In this document: positions 25,701 through 39,150 of the stretch, piece by piece | How the letters are laid out: every line of letters starts with the position of its first letter | Numbering within the stretch: position 1 is the first letter of the stretch | Assembly (NCBI GenBank): GCA_964016885.1 | Contig: CAXHJY010001426.1 | Span: 62,001-126,000, forward strand | Reading direction: 5' to 3' | DNA length: 64,000 nt | Source: Eledone cirrhosa | Lineage: Eukaryota | Made by a program: the position numbers and the translations under genes | The notes under the pieces: model-generated | What the model saw: only the letters and a program-made list of their open reading frames with translations | Told to the model about the DNA's origin: nothing | The model's database searches: none

Positions 25701-28700
25701 GATAATTTCCACCCGTCCAAGGGTAGATAATATCCAGCCGTCCAAGGAGAAATATTTTCCAGCCGTCCAAGGAGAGGTAATTTCTAGCCGTCCAAAGGGA
25801 GATAAATTCCAGCCTCCAAGGGGAGATAATTTCCAGCCAGCCAAGGGGAGATAATTTGTAAAAAAATCAGGGGGAGATAATTTGTTAAAAAAATCAGGGG
25901 CAGATAATTTGTAAAAAAAAATCAGGTGGAGATAATTTGTAAAAAAAAATCAGGGGGAGATAATTTGTAAAAAAAATCAGGGGGAGATAATTTGTAAAAA
26001 AAATCAAGGGGAGATAATTTCCAGCCGTCCAAGGGGAGATAATTTTCAGCTGTCCAAGGAGAGGTAATTTCTAGTCGTCCGAGGAGAGATAATTTCCAGC
26101 CGTCCAAGGGGAGATAATTTCCAGCCGTCCAAGGGGAGATAATTTCCAGCCGTCCAAGGAGACATATTTTCCAGCAGTCCAAGGAGAGGTAATTTCTAAC
26201 CGTCCAAGGGGAGATAAATTCCAGCCTCCAAGGGGAGATAATTTCCAGCCAGCCAAGGGGAGATAATTTGTAAAAAAAATCAGAGGGAGATAATTTGTAA
26301 AAAAAAATCAGGGGGAGATAATTTGTAAAAAATAATCAGGGGGAGATAATTTGTAAAAAAATCAAGGGGAGATAATTTCCAGCCGTCCAAGGGGAGGTAA
26401 TATCTAGCCGTCCAAGGGGAGATAATTTCCAGCCGTCCAAGGGGAGATAATTTCCAGCCGTCCAAGGGTAGATAATATCCAGCCGTCCAAGGAGACATAT
26501 TTTCCAGCCGTCCAAGGAGAGGTAATTTCTAGCCGTCCAAGGGGAGATAAATTCCAGCCTCCAAGGGGAGATAATTTCCAGCTAGCCAAGGGGAGATAAT
26601 TTGTAAAAAAATCAGGGGGAGATAATTTGTAAAAAAAATCAGGGTGAGATAATTTGTAAAAAAAAATCAGGGGGAGATAATTTGTAAAAAAAAATCAGGG
26701 GGAGATAATTTGTAAAAAAAAATCAGGGGGAGATAATTTGTAAAAAAAATCAAGGGGTGATAATTTCCAGCCGTCCAAGGGGAGATAATTTTCAGCCGTC
26801 CAAGGGGAGATAATTTCCCGCCAGCCAAGGGAAGATAATATTTAAAAAAATCAGGCGGAGATAATTTGTAAAAAAAATCAGGGGGAGATAATTTGTAAAA
26901 AAATCAGGGGGAGATAATTTGTAAAAAAAATCAGGGGGAGATAATTTGTAAAAAAAATCAGGGGGAGATAATTTGTAAAAAAATCAAGGGGAGATAATTT
27001 CCAGCCGTCCAAGGGGAGATAATTTTTTTAAAAATCAGGTGGAGATAATTTGTAAAAAAAATCAGGGGGAGATAATTTGTAAAAACAAAATCAAGGGCAG
27101 ATAATTTCCAGCTGTCCAAGGGGAGATAATTTCCAGCCGTCCAAGGGGAGATAATTTCCAGCCGTCCAAGGGGAGATAATTTCCATCCTTCCAAGGGGAT
27201 ATAATTTCCAGCCGTCCAAGGGGAGATAATTTCCCGCCAGCCAAGGGAAGATAATTTTTAAAAAAATCAGGCGGAGATTGTAAAAAAAATCAGGGGGGAG
27301 ATAATTTGTAAAAAAATCAGGGGGAAATAATTTGTAAAAAAAAATCAGGTGGAGATAATTTGTAAAAAAAATCAGGGGGAGATAATTTGTAAAAAAAAAT
27401 CAGGGGGAGATAATTTGTAAAAAAAATTAGGCGTAGATAATTTGTAAAAAAAAATCAGGGGGAGATAATTTGTAAAAAAAAATCAGGGGGAGATAATTTG
27501 TTAAAAAATCAAGGGGAGATAATTTGCAGCCGTCCAAGGGGAGATAATTTTCAGCCGTCCAAGGAGAGGTAATTTCTAGCCGTCCAAGGGGAGATAATTT
27601 CCAGCCGTCCAAGGGGAGATAATTTCCAGCCGTTCAAGGGAGATAATTTTTAAAAAAAAATCAGGCGGAGATAATTTGTAAAAAAAAATCAGGGGGAGAT
27701 AATTCGTAAAAAAAATCAGGGGGAGATAATTTGTAAAAAAAAATCAGGGGGAGATAAATTGTAAAAAAAATCAAGGGGAGATAATTTCCAGCCGTCCAAG
27801 GGGAGGTAATATCTAGCCGTCCAAGGGGAGATAATTTCCAGCCGTCCAAGGGGAGGTAATTTCTAGCCGTCCAAGGGGAGATAAATTCCAGCCTCCAAGG
27901 GGAGATCATTTCCAGCCAGCCAAGGGGAGATAATTTGTAAAAAAATCAGGGGGAGATAATTTGTAAAAAATATCAGGGGGAGATAATTTGTAAAAAATAT
28001 CAGGGGGAGATAATTTGTAAAAAAAAATCAGGGGGAGATAATTTGTAAAAAAAATCAGGGGGAGATAATTTGTAAAAAAAATCAAGGGGAGATAATTTCC
28101 AGCCGTCCAAGGGGAGATAATTTTCAGCTGTCCAAGGAGAGGTAATTTCTAGTCGTCCGAGGAGAGATAATTTCCAGCCGTCCAAGGGGAGATAATTTCC
28201 AGCCGTCCAAGGGGAGATAATTTCCAGCCGTCCAAGGAGACATATTTTCCAGCAGTCCAAGGAGAGGTAATTTCTAACCGTCCAAGGGGAGATAAATTCC
28301 AGCCTCCAAGGGGAGATAATTTCCAGCCAGCCAAGGGGAGATAATTTGTAAAAAAAATCAGAGGGAGATAATTTGTAAAAAAAAATCAGGGGGAGATAAT
28401 TTGTAAAAAATAATCAGGGGGAGATAATTTGTAAAAAAATCAAGGGGAGATAATTTCCAGCCGTCCAAGGGGAGATAATTTTCAGCCGTCCAAGGGGAGA
28501 TAATTTCCCGCCAGCCAAGGGAAGATAATATTTAAAAAAATTAGGCGGATATAATTTGTAAAAAAAATCGGGGGGAGATAATTTGTAAAAAAATCAGGGG
28601 GAGATAATTTGTAAAAAAAATCAGGGGGAGATAATTTGTAAAAAAAAATCAGGCGGAGATAATTTGTAAAAAAAATCAAGGGGAGATAATTTCCAGCCGT

Positions 28701-30700
28701 CCAAGGGGAGGTAATATCTAGCCGTCCAAGGGGAGATAATTTCCAGCCGTCCAAGGGGAGATAATTTCCAGCCGTCCAAGGAGACATATTTTCCAGCCGT
28801 CCAAGGCGAGGTAATTTCTAGCCGTCCAAGGGGAGATAAATTCCAGCCTCCAAGGGGAGATAATTTCCAGCCAGCCAAGGGGAGATAATTTGTAAAAAAA
28901 TCAGGGGGAGATAATTTGTAAAAAATATCAGGGGCAGATAATTTGTAAAAAAAATCAGGGGGAGATAATTTGTAAAATAAAATCAGGGGGAGATAATTTG
29001 TAAAAAAAAATCAGAGGGAGATAATTTGTAAAAAAAATCAAGGGGAGATAATTTCCAGCCGTCCAAGGGGAGATAATTTTCAGCTGTCCAAGGAGAGGTA
29101 ATTTCTAGTCGTCCGAGGAGAGATAATTTCCAGCCGTCCAAGGGGAGATAATTTCCAGCCGTCGCAGGGGAGATAATTTCCAGCCGTCCAAGGAGACATA
29201 TTTTCCAGCAGTCCAAGGAGAGGTAATTTCTAACCGTCCAAGGGGAGATAAATTCCAGCCTCCAAGGGGAGATAATTTCCAGCCAGCCAAGGGGAGATAA
29301 TTTGTAAAAAAATCAGGGGGAGATAATTTGTAAAAAAAAATCAGGGGGAGATAATTTGTAAAAAATAATCAGGGGGAGATAATTTGTAAAAAAATCAAGG
29401 GGAGATAATTTCCAGCCGTCCAAGGGGAGATAATTTTCAGCCGTCCAAGGGGAGATAATTTCCCGCCAGCCAAGGGAAGATAATATTTAAAAAAATTAGG
29501 CGGAGATAATTTGTAAAAAAAATCGGGGGGAGATAATTTGTAAAAAAATCAGGGGGAGATAATTTGTAAAAAAAATCAGGGGGAAATAATTTGTAAAAAA
29601 AATCAGGGGGAGATAATTTGTAAAAAAAAATCAGGGGTAGATAATTTGTAAAAAAAAATCAGGGGGAGATAATTTGTAAAAAAAAATCAGGGAGAGATAA
29701 TTTGTAAAAAAAATCAGGGGGAGATAATTTGTAAAAAAAAAATCAGGGGTAGATAATTTGTAAAAAAAAATCAGGGGGAGATAATTTGTAAAAAAAAATC
29801 AGGGGGAGATAATTTGTAAAAAAAATCAAGGGGAGATAATTTCCAGCCGTCCAAGGGGAGGTAATATCTAGCCGTCCAAGGGGAGATAATTTCCAGCCGT
29901 CCAAGGGGAGATAATTTCCAGCCGTCCAAGGGTAGATAATATCCAGCCGTCCAAGGACATATTTTCCAGCCGTCCAAGGAGAGGTAATTTCTAGCCGTCC
30001 AAGGGGAGATAAATTCCAGCCTCCAAGGGGAGATAATTTCCAGCCAGCTAAGGGGAGATAATTTGTAAAAAAATCAAGGGGAGATAATTTGTAAAAAAAA
30101 ATCAGGGGGAGATAATTTGTAAAAAAAAATCAGGGGGAGATAATTTGTAAAAAAAAATCAGGGGGAGATAATTTGTAAAAAAAAATCAGGGGGAGATAAT
30201 TTGTAAAAAAAATCAAGGGGAGATAATTTCCAGCCGTCCAAGGGGAGATAATTTTCAGCCGTCCAAGGGGAGATAATTTCCCGCCAGCCAAGAGAAGATA
30301 ATATTTAAAAAAATCAGGCGGAGATAATTTGTAAAAAAAATCAGGGGGAGATAATTTGTAAAAAAATCAGGGGGAGATAATTTGTAAAAAAAAAATCAGG
30401 GGGAGATAATTTGTAAAAAAAATCAAGGGGAGATAATTTCCAGCCGTCCAAGGGGAGGTAATATCTAGCCGTCCAAGGGGAGATAATTTCCAGCCGTCCA
30501 AGGGGAGATAATTTCCACCCGTCCAAGGGTAGATAATATCCAGCCGTCCAAGGAGAAATATTTTCCAGCCGTCCAAGGCGAGGTAATTTCTAGCCCTCCA
30601 AGGGGAGATAAATTCCAGCCTCCAAGGGGAGATAATTTCCAGCCAGCCAAGGGGAGATAATTTGTAAAAAAATCAGGGGGAGATAATTTGTAAAAAAAAT
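6200..30700 (+). repeat. Dispersed duplicate of about 4.4 kb at 20,148 bp offset (6.2-10.6 kb and 26.35-30.7 kb)
   Basis: 6256/26404, 6810/26958, 7513/27661, 8835/28983 and 10193/30341 all differ by 20,148. Shared variants include GTCGCAGG, GGAGATCATTT and TAGCCCTCC. Confidence 0.92.
10910..22430 (+). repeat. Tandem segmental duplication, unit about 5.65-5.87 kb (10.9-16.57 kb and 16.56-22.43 kb)
   Basis: The offset is 5,646 at 10977/16623 and 11292/16938, then 5,866 at 12216/18082, 13835/19701 and 15627/21493. Rare variants are shared: CCTAGG at 16373/22239 and AAGTGG at 16428/22294. Confidence 0.92.
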
Positions 30701-33700
30701 CAGGGGCAGATAATTTGTAAAAAAAAATCAGGGGGAGATAATTCGTAAAAAAAATCAGGGGGAGATAATTTGTAAAAAAAATCAGGGGGAGATAATTTGT
30801 AAAAAAATCAAGGGGAGATAATTTCCAGCCGTCCAAGGGGAGATAATTTTCAGCCGTCCAAGGGGAGATAATTTCCCGCCAGCCAAGGGAAGATAATATT
30901 TAAAAAAATCAGGCGGAGATAATTTATAAAAAAAATCAGGGGGAGATAATTTGTAAAAAAATCAGGGGGAGATAATTTGTAAAAAAAAAATCAGGGGGAG
31001 ATAATTTGTAAAAAAAATCAGGAGGAGATAATTTGTAAAAAAATCAAGGGGAGATAATTTCCAGCCGTCCAAGGGGAGATAATTTTTTAAAAAATCAGGT
31101 GGAGATAATTTGTAAAAAAAATCAGGGGGAGATAATTTGTAAAAACAAAATCAAGGGCAGATAATTTCCAGCTGTCCAAGGGGAGGTAATTTCCAGCCGT
31201 CCAAGGGGATATAATTTCCAGCCGTCCAAGGGGAGATAATTTCCCGCCAGCCAAGGGAAGATAATTTTTAAAAAAATCAGGCGGAGATTGTAAAAAAAAT
31301 CAGGGGGGAGATAATTTATAAAAAAATCAGGGGGAAATAATTTGTAAAAAAAAATCAGGGGGAGATAATTTGTAAAAAAAATCAGGGGGAGATAATTTGT
31401 AAAAAAAAATCAGGGGGAGATAATTTGTAAAAAAAATTAGGCGTAGATAATTTGTAAAAAAAAATCAGGGGGAGATAATTTGTAAAAAAAAATCAGGGGG
31501 AGATAATTTGTTAAAAAATCAAGGGGAGATAATTTGCAGCCGTCCAAGGGGAGATAATTTTCAGCCGTCCAAGGAGAGGTAATTTCTAGCCGTCCAAGGG
31601 GAGATAATTTCCAGCCGTCCAAGGGGAGATAATTTCCAGCCGTTCAAGGGGAGATAATTTTTAAAAAAAAATCAGGCGGAGATAATTTATAAAAAAAAAT
31701 CAGGGGGAGATAATTCGTAAAAAAAAATCAGGGGGAGATAATTTGTAAAAAAAATCAGGGGGAGATAATTTGTAAAAAAATCAAGGGGAGATAATTTCCA
31801 GCCGTCCAAGGGGAGATAATTTTTTAAAAAATCAGGTGGAGATAATTTGTAAAAAAAATCAGGGGGAGATAATTTGTAAAAAAAAATCAGGGGGAGATAA
31901 TTTGTAAAAAAAAATCAAGGGGAGATAATTTCCAGCCGTCCAAGGGGAGATAATTTTCAGACGTCCAAGGGGAGATAATTTCCCGCCAGCCAAGGGAAGA
32001 TAATATTTAAAAAAATTAGGCGGAGATAATTTGTAAAAAAAATCAGGGGGAGATAATTTGTAAAAAAATCAGGGGGAGATAATTTCCAGCCGTCCAAGGG
32101 GAGGTAATATCTAGCCGTCCAAGGGGAGATAATTTCCAGCCGTCCAAGGGGAGATAATTTCCAGCCGTCCAAGGGTAGATAATATCCAGCCGTCCAAGGA
32201 GACATATTTTCCAGCCTTCCAAGGAGAGGTAATTTCTAGCCGTCCAAGGGGAGATAAATTCCAGCCTCCAAGGGGAGATAATTTCCAGCCAGCCAAGGGG
32301 AGATAATTTGTAAAAAAATCAGGGGGAGATAATTTGTAAAAAAAATCAGGGTGAGATAATTTGTAAAAAAAAATCAGGGGGAGATAATTTGTAAAAAAAA
32401 ATCAGGGGGAGATAATTTGTAAAAAAAAATCAGGGGGAGATAATTTGTAAAAAAAATCAAGGGGAGATAATTTCCAGCCGTCCAAGGGGAGATAATTTTC
32501 AGCCGTCCAAGGGGAGATAATTTCCAGCCGTCCAAGGGAAGATAATTTTTTTAAAAATCAGGTGGAGATAATTTGTAAAAAAAATCAGGGGTAGATAATT
32601 TGTAAAAACAAAATCAAGGGCAGATAATTTCCAGCTGTCCAAGGGGAGATAATTTCCAGCCGTCCAAGGGGAGATGATTTCCAGCCGTCCAAGGGGAGAT
32701 AATTTCCATCCTTCCAAGGGGATATAATTTCCAGCCGTCCAAGGGGAGATAATTTCCCGCCAGCCAAGGGAAGATAATTTTTTAAAAAATCAGGCGGAGA
32801 TTGTAAAAAAAATCAGGGTGGAGATAATTTGTAAAAAAATCAGGGGGAAATAATTTGTAAAAAAAAATCAGGGGGAGATAATTTGTAAAAAAAATCAGGG
32901 GGAGATAATTTGTAAAAAAAAATCAGGGGGAGATAATTAGTAAAAAAAATTAGGCGTAGATAATTTGTAAAAAAAAATCAGGGGGAGATAATTTGTAAAA
33001 AAAAATCAGGGGGAGATAATTTGTTAAAAAATCAAGGGGAGATAATTTGCAGCCGTCCAAGGGGAGATAATTTTCAGCCGTCCAAGGAGAGGTAATTTCT
33101 AGCCGTCCAAGGGGAGATAATTTCCAGCCGTCCAAGGGGAGATAATTTCCAGCCGTTCAAGGGGAGATAATTTTTAAAAAAAAATCAGGCGGAGATAATT
33201 TGTAAAAAAAAATCAGGGTGAGATAATTCGTAAAAAAAAATCAGGGGGAGATAATTTGTAAAAAAAAATTAGGGGGAGATAAATTGTAAAAAAAATCAAG
33301 GGGAGATAATTTCCAGCCGTCCAAGGGGAGGTAATATCTAGCCGTCCAAGGGGAGATAATTTCCAGCCGTCCAAGGGGAGATAATTTCCAGCCGTCCAAG
33401 GGGAGATAATTTCCAGCCGTCCAAGGAGACATATTTTCCAGCCGTCCAAGGCGAGGTAATTTCTAGCCGTCCAAGGGGAGATAAATTCCAGCCTCCAAGG
33501 GGAGATAATTTCCAGCCAGCCAAGGGGAGATAATTTGTAAAAAAATCAGGGGGAGATAATTTGTAAAAAATATCAGGGGGAGATAATTTGTAAAAAAAAT
33601 CAGGGGGAGATAATTTGTAAAAAAAAATTAGGGGGAGATAATTTGTAAAAAAAATCAGGGGGAGATAATTTGTAAAAAAAATCAAGGGGAGATAATTTCC

Positions 33701-36700
33701 AGCCGTCCAAGGGGAGATAATTTTCAGCTGTCCAAGGAGAGGTAATTTCTAGTCGTCCGAGGAGAGATAATTTCCAGCTGTCCAAGGGGAGATAATTTCC
33801 AGCCGTCCAAGGGGAGATAATTTCCAGCCGTCCAAGGAGACATATTTTCCAGCAGTCCAAGGAGAGGTAATTTCTAACCGTCCAAGGGGAGATAAATTCC
33901 AGCCTCCAAGGGGAGATAATTTCCAGCCAGCCAAGGGGAGATAATTTGTAAAAAAAATCAGAGGGAGATAATTTGTAAAAAAAAATCAGGGGGAGATAAT
34001 TTGTAAAAAATAATCAGGGGGAGATAATTTGTAAAAAAATCAAGGGGAGATAATTTCCAGCCGTCCAAGGGGAGATAATTTTCAGCCGTCCAAGGGGAGA
34101 TAATTTCCCGCCAGCCAAGGGAAGATAATATTTAAAAAAATTAGGCGGAGATAATTTGTAAAAAAAATCGGGGGGAGATAATTTGTAAAAAAATCAGGGG
34201 GAGATAATTTGTAAAAAAAATCAGGGGGAGATAATTTGTAAAAAAAATCAGGGGGAGATAATTTGTAAAAAAAAATCAGGGGTAGATAATTTGTAAAAAA
34301 AAATCAGGGGGAGATAATTTGTAAAAAAAAATCAGGGAGAGATAATTTGTAAAAAAAATCAGGGGGAGATAATTTGTAAAAAAAAATCAGGGGTAGATAA
34401 TTTGTAAAAAAAAATCAGGGGGTGATAATTTGTAAAAAAAAATCAGGGGGAGATAATTTGTAAAAAAAATCAAGGGGAGATAATTTCCAGCCGTCCTAGG
34501 GGAGCTAATATCTAGCCGTCCAAGGGGAGATAATTTCCAGCCGTCCAAGGGGAGATAATTTCCAGCCGTCCAAGGGTAGATAATATCCAGCCGTCCAAGG
34601 ACATATTTTCCAGCCGTCCAAGGAGAGGTAATTTCTAGCCGTCCAAGGGGAGATAAATTCCAGCCTCCAAGGGGAGATAATTTCCAGCCAGCTAAGGGGA
34701 GATAATTTGTAAAAAAATCAGGGGGAGATAATTTGTAAAAAAATCAGGGGGAGATAATTTGTAAAAAAAAATCAGGGGGAGATAATTTGTAAAAAAAAAT
34801 CAGGGGAAGATAATTTGTAAAAAAAAATCAGGGGGAGATAATTTGTAAAAAAAATCAAGGGGAGATAATTTCCAGCCGTCCAAGGGGAGATAATTTTCAG
34901 CCGTCCAAGGGGAGATAATTTCCCGCCAGCCAAGAGAAGATAATATTTAAAAAAATCAGGCGGAGATAATTTGTAAAAAAAATCAGGGGGAGATAATTTG
35001 TAAAAAAATCAGGGGGAGATAATTTGTAAAAAAAATCAGGGGGAGATAATTTGTAAAAAAATCAAGGGGAGATAATTTCCAGCCGTCCAAAGGAGATAAT
35101 TTTTTAAAAAATCAGGTGGAGATAATTTGTAAAAAAAATCAGGGGGAGATAATTTGTAAAAACAAAATCAAGGGCAGATAATTTCCAGCTGTCCAAGGGG
35201 AGGTAATTTCCAGCCGTCCAAGGGGATATAATTTCCAGCCGTCCAAGGGGAGATAATTTCCCGCCAGCCAAGGGAAGATAATTTTTTAAAAAATCAGGCG
35301 GAGATTGTAAAAAAAATCAGAGGGGAGATAATTTGTAAAAAAATCAGGGGGATAATTTGTAAAAAAAAATCAGGGGGAGATAATTTGTAAAAAAAATCAG
35401 GGGGAGATAATTTGTAAAAAAAAATCAGGGGGAGATAATTTGTAAAAAAAATTAGGCGTAGATAATTTGTAAAAAAAAATCAGGGGGAGATAATTTGTAA
35501 AAAAAAATCAGGGGGAGATAATTTGTTAAAAAATCAAGGGGAGATAATTTGCAGCCGTCCAAGGGGAGATAATTTTCAGCCGTCCAAGGAGAGGTAATTT
35601 CTAGCCGTCCAAGGGGAGATAATTTTTAAAAAAAAATCAGGCGGAGATAATTTCTAAAAAAAAATCAGGGGGAGATGATTCGTAAAAAAAAATCAGGGGG
35701 AGATAATTTGTAAAAAAAAATCAGGGGGAGATAATTTGTAAAAAAAATCAAGGGGAGATAATTTCCAGCCGTCCAAGGGGAGGTAATATCTAGCCGTCCA
35801 AGGGGAGATAATTTCCAGCCGTCCAAGGGGAGATAATTTCCAGCCGTCCAAGGGGAGATAATTTCCAGCCGTCCAAGGGGATATAATTTCCAGCCGTCCA
35901 AGGGTAGATAATATCCAGCCGTCCAAGGAGACATATTTTCCAGCCGTCCAAGGAGAGGTAATTTCTAGCCGTCCAAGGGGAGATAAATTCCAGCCTCCAA
36001 GGGGAGATAATTTCCAGCCAGCCAAGGGGAGATAATTTGTAAAAAAATCAGGGGGAGATAATTTGTAAAAAAAATCAGGGTGAGATAATTTGTAAAAAAA
36101 AATCAGGGGAAGATAATTTGTAAAAAAAAATCAGGGGGAGATAATTTGTAAAAAAAAATCAGGGGGAGATAATTTGTAAAAAAACCAAGGGGAGATAATT
36201 TCCAGCCGTCCAAGGGGAGGTAATATCTAGCCGTCCAAGGGGAGATAATTTCCAGCCGTCCAAGGGGAGATAATTTCCAGCCGTCCAAGGGGAGATAATT
36301 TCCAGCCGTCCAAGGAGACATATTTTCCAGCCGTCCAAGGCGAGGTAATTTCTAGCCGTCCAAGGGGAGATAAATTCCAGCCTCCAAGGGGAGATAATTT
36401 CCAGCCAGCCAAGGGGAGATAATTTGTAAAAAAATCAGGGGGAGATAATTTGTAAAAAATATCAGGGGGAGATAATTTGTAAAAAAAATCAGGGGGAGAT
36501 AATTTGTAAAATAAAATCAGGGGGAGATAATTTGTAAAAAAAAATCAGGGGGAGATAATTTGTAAAAAAAATCAAGGGGAGATAATTTCCAGCCGTCCAA
36601 GGGGAGATAATTTTCAGCTGTCCAAGGAGAGGTAATTTCTAGTCGTCCGAGGAGAGATAATTTCCAGCCGTCCAAGGGGAGATAATTTCCAGCCGTCCCA

Positions 36701-39150
36701 GGGGAGATAATTTCCAGCCGTCCAAGGAGACATATTTTCCAGCAGTCCAAGGAGAGGTAATTTCTAACCGTCCAAGGGGAGATAAATTCCAGCCTCCAAG
36801 GGGAGATAATTTCCAGCCAGCCATGGGGAGATAATTTGTAAAAAAAATCAGAGGGAGATAATTTGTAAAAAAAAATCAGGGGGAGATAATTTGTAAAAAA
36901 TAATCAGGGGGAGATAATTTGTAAAAAAATCAAGGGGAAATAATTTCCAGCCGTCCAAGGGGAGATAATTTTCAGCCGTCCAAGGGGAGATAATTTCCCG
37001 CCAGCCAAGGGAAGATAATATTTAAAAAAATTAGGCGGAGATAATTTGTAAAAAAAATCGGGGGGAGATAATTTGTAAAAAAATCAGGGGGAGATAATTT
37101 GTAAAAAAAATCAGGGGGAGATAATTTGTAAAAAAAATCAGGGGGAGATAATTTGTAAAAAAAAATCAGGGGTAGATAATTTGTAAAAAAAAATCAGGGG
37201 GAGATAATTTGTAAAAAAAAATCAGGGAGAGATAATTTGTAAAAAAAATCAGGGGGAGATAATTTGTAAAAAAAAATCAGGGGTAGATAATTTCCAGCCG
37301 TCCAAGGGGAGCTAATATCTAGCCGTCCAAGGGGAGATAATTTCCAGCCGTCCAAGGGGAGATAATTTCCAGCCGTCCAAGGGTAGATAATATCCAGCCG
37401 TCCAAGGACATATTTTCCAGCCGTCCAAGGAGAGGTAATTTCTAGCCGTCCAAGGGGAGATAAATTCCAGCCTCCAAGGGGAGATAATTTCCAGCCAGCT
37501 AAGGGGAGATAATTTGTAAAAAAATCAGGGGGAGATAATTTGTAAAAAAAATCAGGGGGAGATAATTTGTAAAAAAAAATCAGGGGGAGATAATTTGTAA
37601 AAAAAAATCAGGGGGAGATAATTTGTAAAAAAAAATCAGGGGGAGATAATTTGTAAAAAAAATCAAGGGGAGATAATTTCCAGCCGTCCAAGGGGAGATA
37701 ATTTTCAGCCGTCCAAGGGGAGATAATTTCCCGCCAGCCAAGAGAAGATAATATTTAAAAAAATCAGGTGGAGATAATTTGTAAAAAAAATCAGGGGGAG
37801 ATAATTTGTAAAAAAATCAGGGGGAGATAATTTGTAAAAAAAAATCAGGGGGAGATAATTTGTAAAAAAAATCAAGGGGAGATAATTTCCAGCCGTCCAA
37901 GGGGAGGTAATATCTAGCCGTCCAAGGGGAGATAATTTCCAGCCGTCCAAGGGGAGATAATTTCCACCCGTCCAAGGGTAGATAATATCCAGCCGTCCAA
38001 GGAGAAATATTTTCCAGCCGTCCAAGGAGAGGTAATTTCTAGCCGTCCAAAGGGAGATAAATTCCAGCCTCCAAGGGGAGATAATTTCCAGCCAGCCAAG
38101 GGGAGATAATTTGTAAAAAAATCAGGGGGAGATAATTTGTTAAAAAAATCAGGGGCAGATAATTTGTAAAAAAAAATCAGGTGGAGATAATTTGTAAAAA
38201 AAAATCAGGGGGAGATAATTTGTAAAAAAAATCAGGGGGAGATAATTTGTAAAAAAAATCAAGGGGAGATAATTTCCAGCCGTCCAAGGGGAGATAATTT
38301 TCAGCTGTCCAAGGAGAGGTAATTTCTAGTCGTCCGAAGAGAGATAATTTCCAGCCGTCCAAGGGGAGATAATTTCCAGCCGTCCAAGGGGAGATAATTT
38401 CCAGCCGTCCAAGGAGACATATTTTCCAGCAGTCCAAGGAGAGGTAATTTCTAACCGTCCAAGGGGAGATAAATTCCAGCCTCCAAGGGGAGATAATTTC
38501 CAGCCAGCCAAGGGGAGATAATTTGTAAAAAAAATCAGAGGGAGATAATTTGTAAAAAAAAATCAGGGGGAGATAATTTGTAAAAAATAATCAGGGGGAG
38601 ATAATTTGTAAAAAAATCAAGGGGAGATAATTTCCAGCCGTCCAAGGGGAGGTAATATCTAGCCGTCCAAGGGGAGATAATTTCCAGCCGTCCAAGGGGA
38701 GATAATTTCCAGCCGTCCAAGGGTAGATAATATCCAGCCGTCCAAGGAGACATATTTTCCAGCCGTCCAAGGAGAGGTAATTTCTAGCCGTCCAAGGGGA
38801 GATAAATTCCAGCCTCCAAGGGGAGATAATTTCCAGCTAGCCAAGGGGAGATAATTTGTAAAAAAATCAGGGGGAGATAATTTGTAAAAAAAATCAGGGT
38901 GAGATAATTTGTAAAAAAAAATCAGGGGGAGATAATTTGTAAAAAAAAATCAGGGGGAGATAATTTGTAAAAAAAAATCAGGGGGAGATAATTTGTAAAA
39001 AAAATCAAGGGGTGATAATTTCCAGCCGTCCAAGGGGAGATAATTTTCAGCCGTCCAAGGGGAGATAATTTCCCGCCAGCCAAGGGAAGATAATATTTAA
39101 AAAAATCAGGCGGAGATAATTTGTAAAAAAAATCAGGGGGAGATAATTTG
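18100..39150 (+). repeat. Segmental duplication at about 12,255 bp offset (about 18.1-26.9 kb and 30.3-39.15 kb)
   Basis: Offsets are 12,256 at 19181/31437 and 12,255 at 23410/35665, 25450/37705 and 26404/38659. The CCATGG variant occurs at 24566/36821. Confidence 0.9.
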
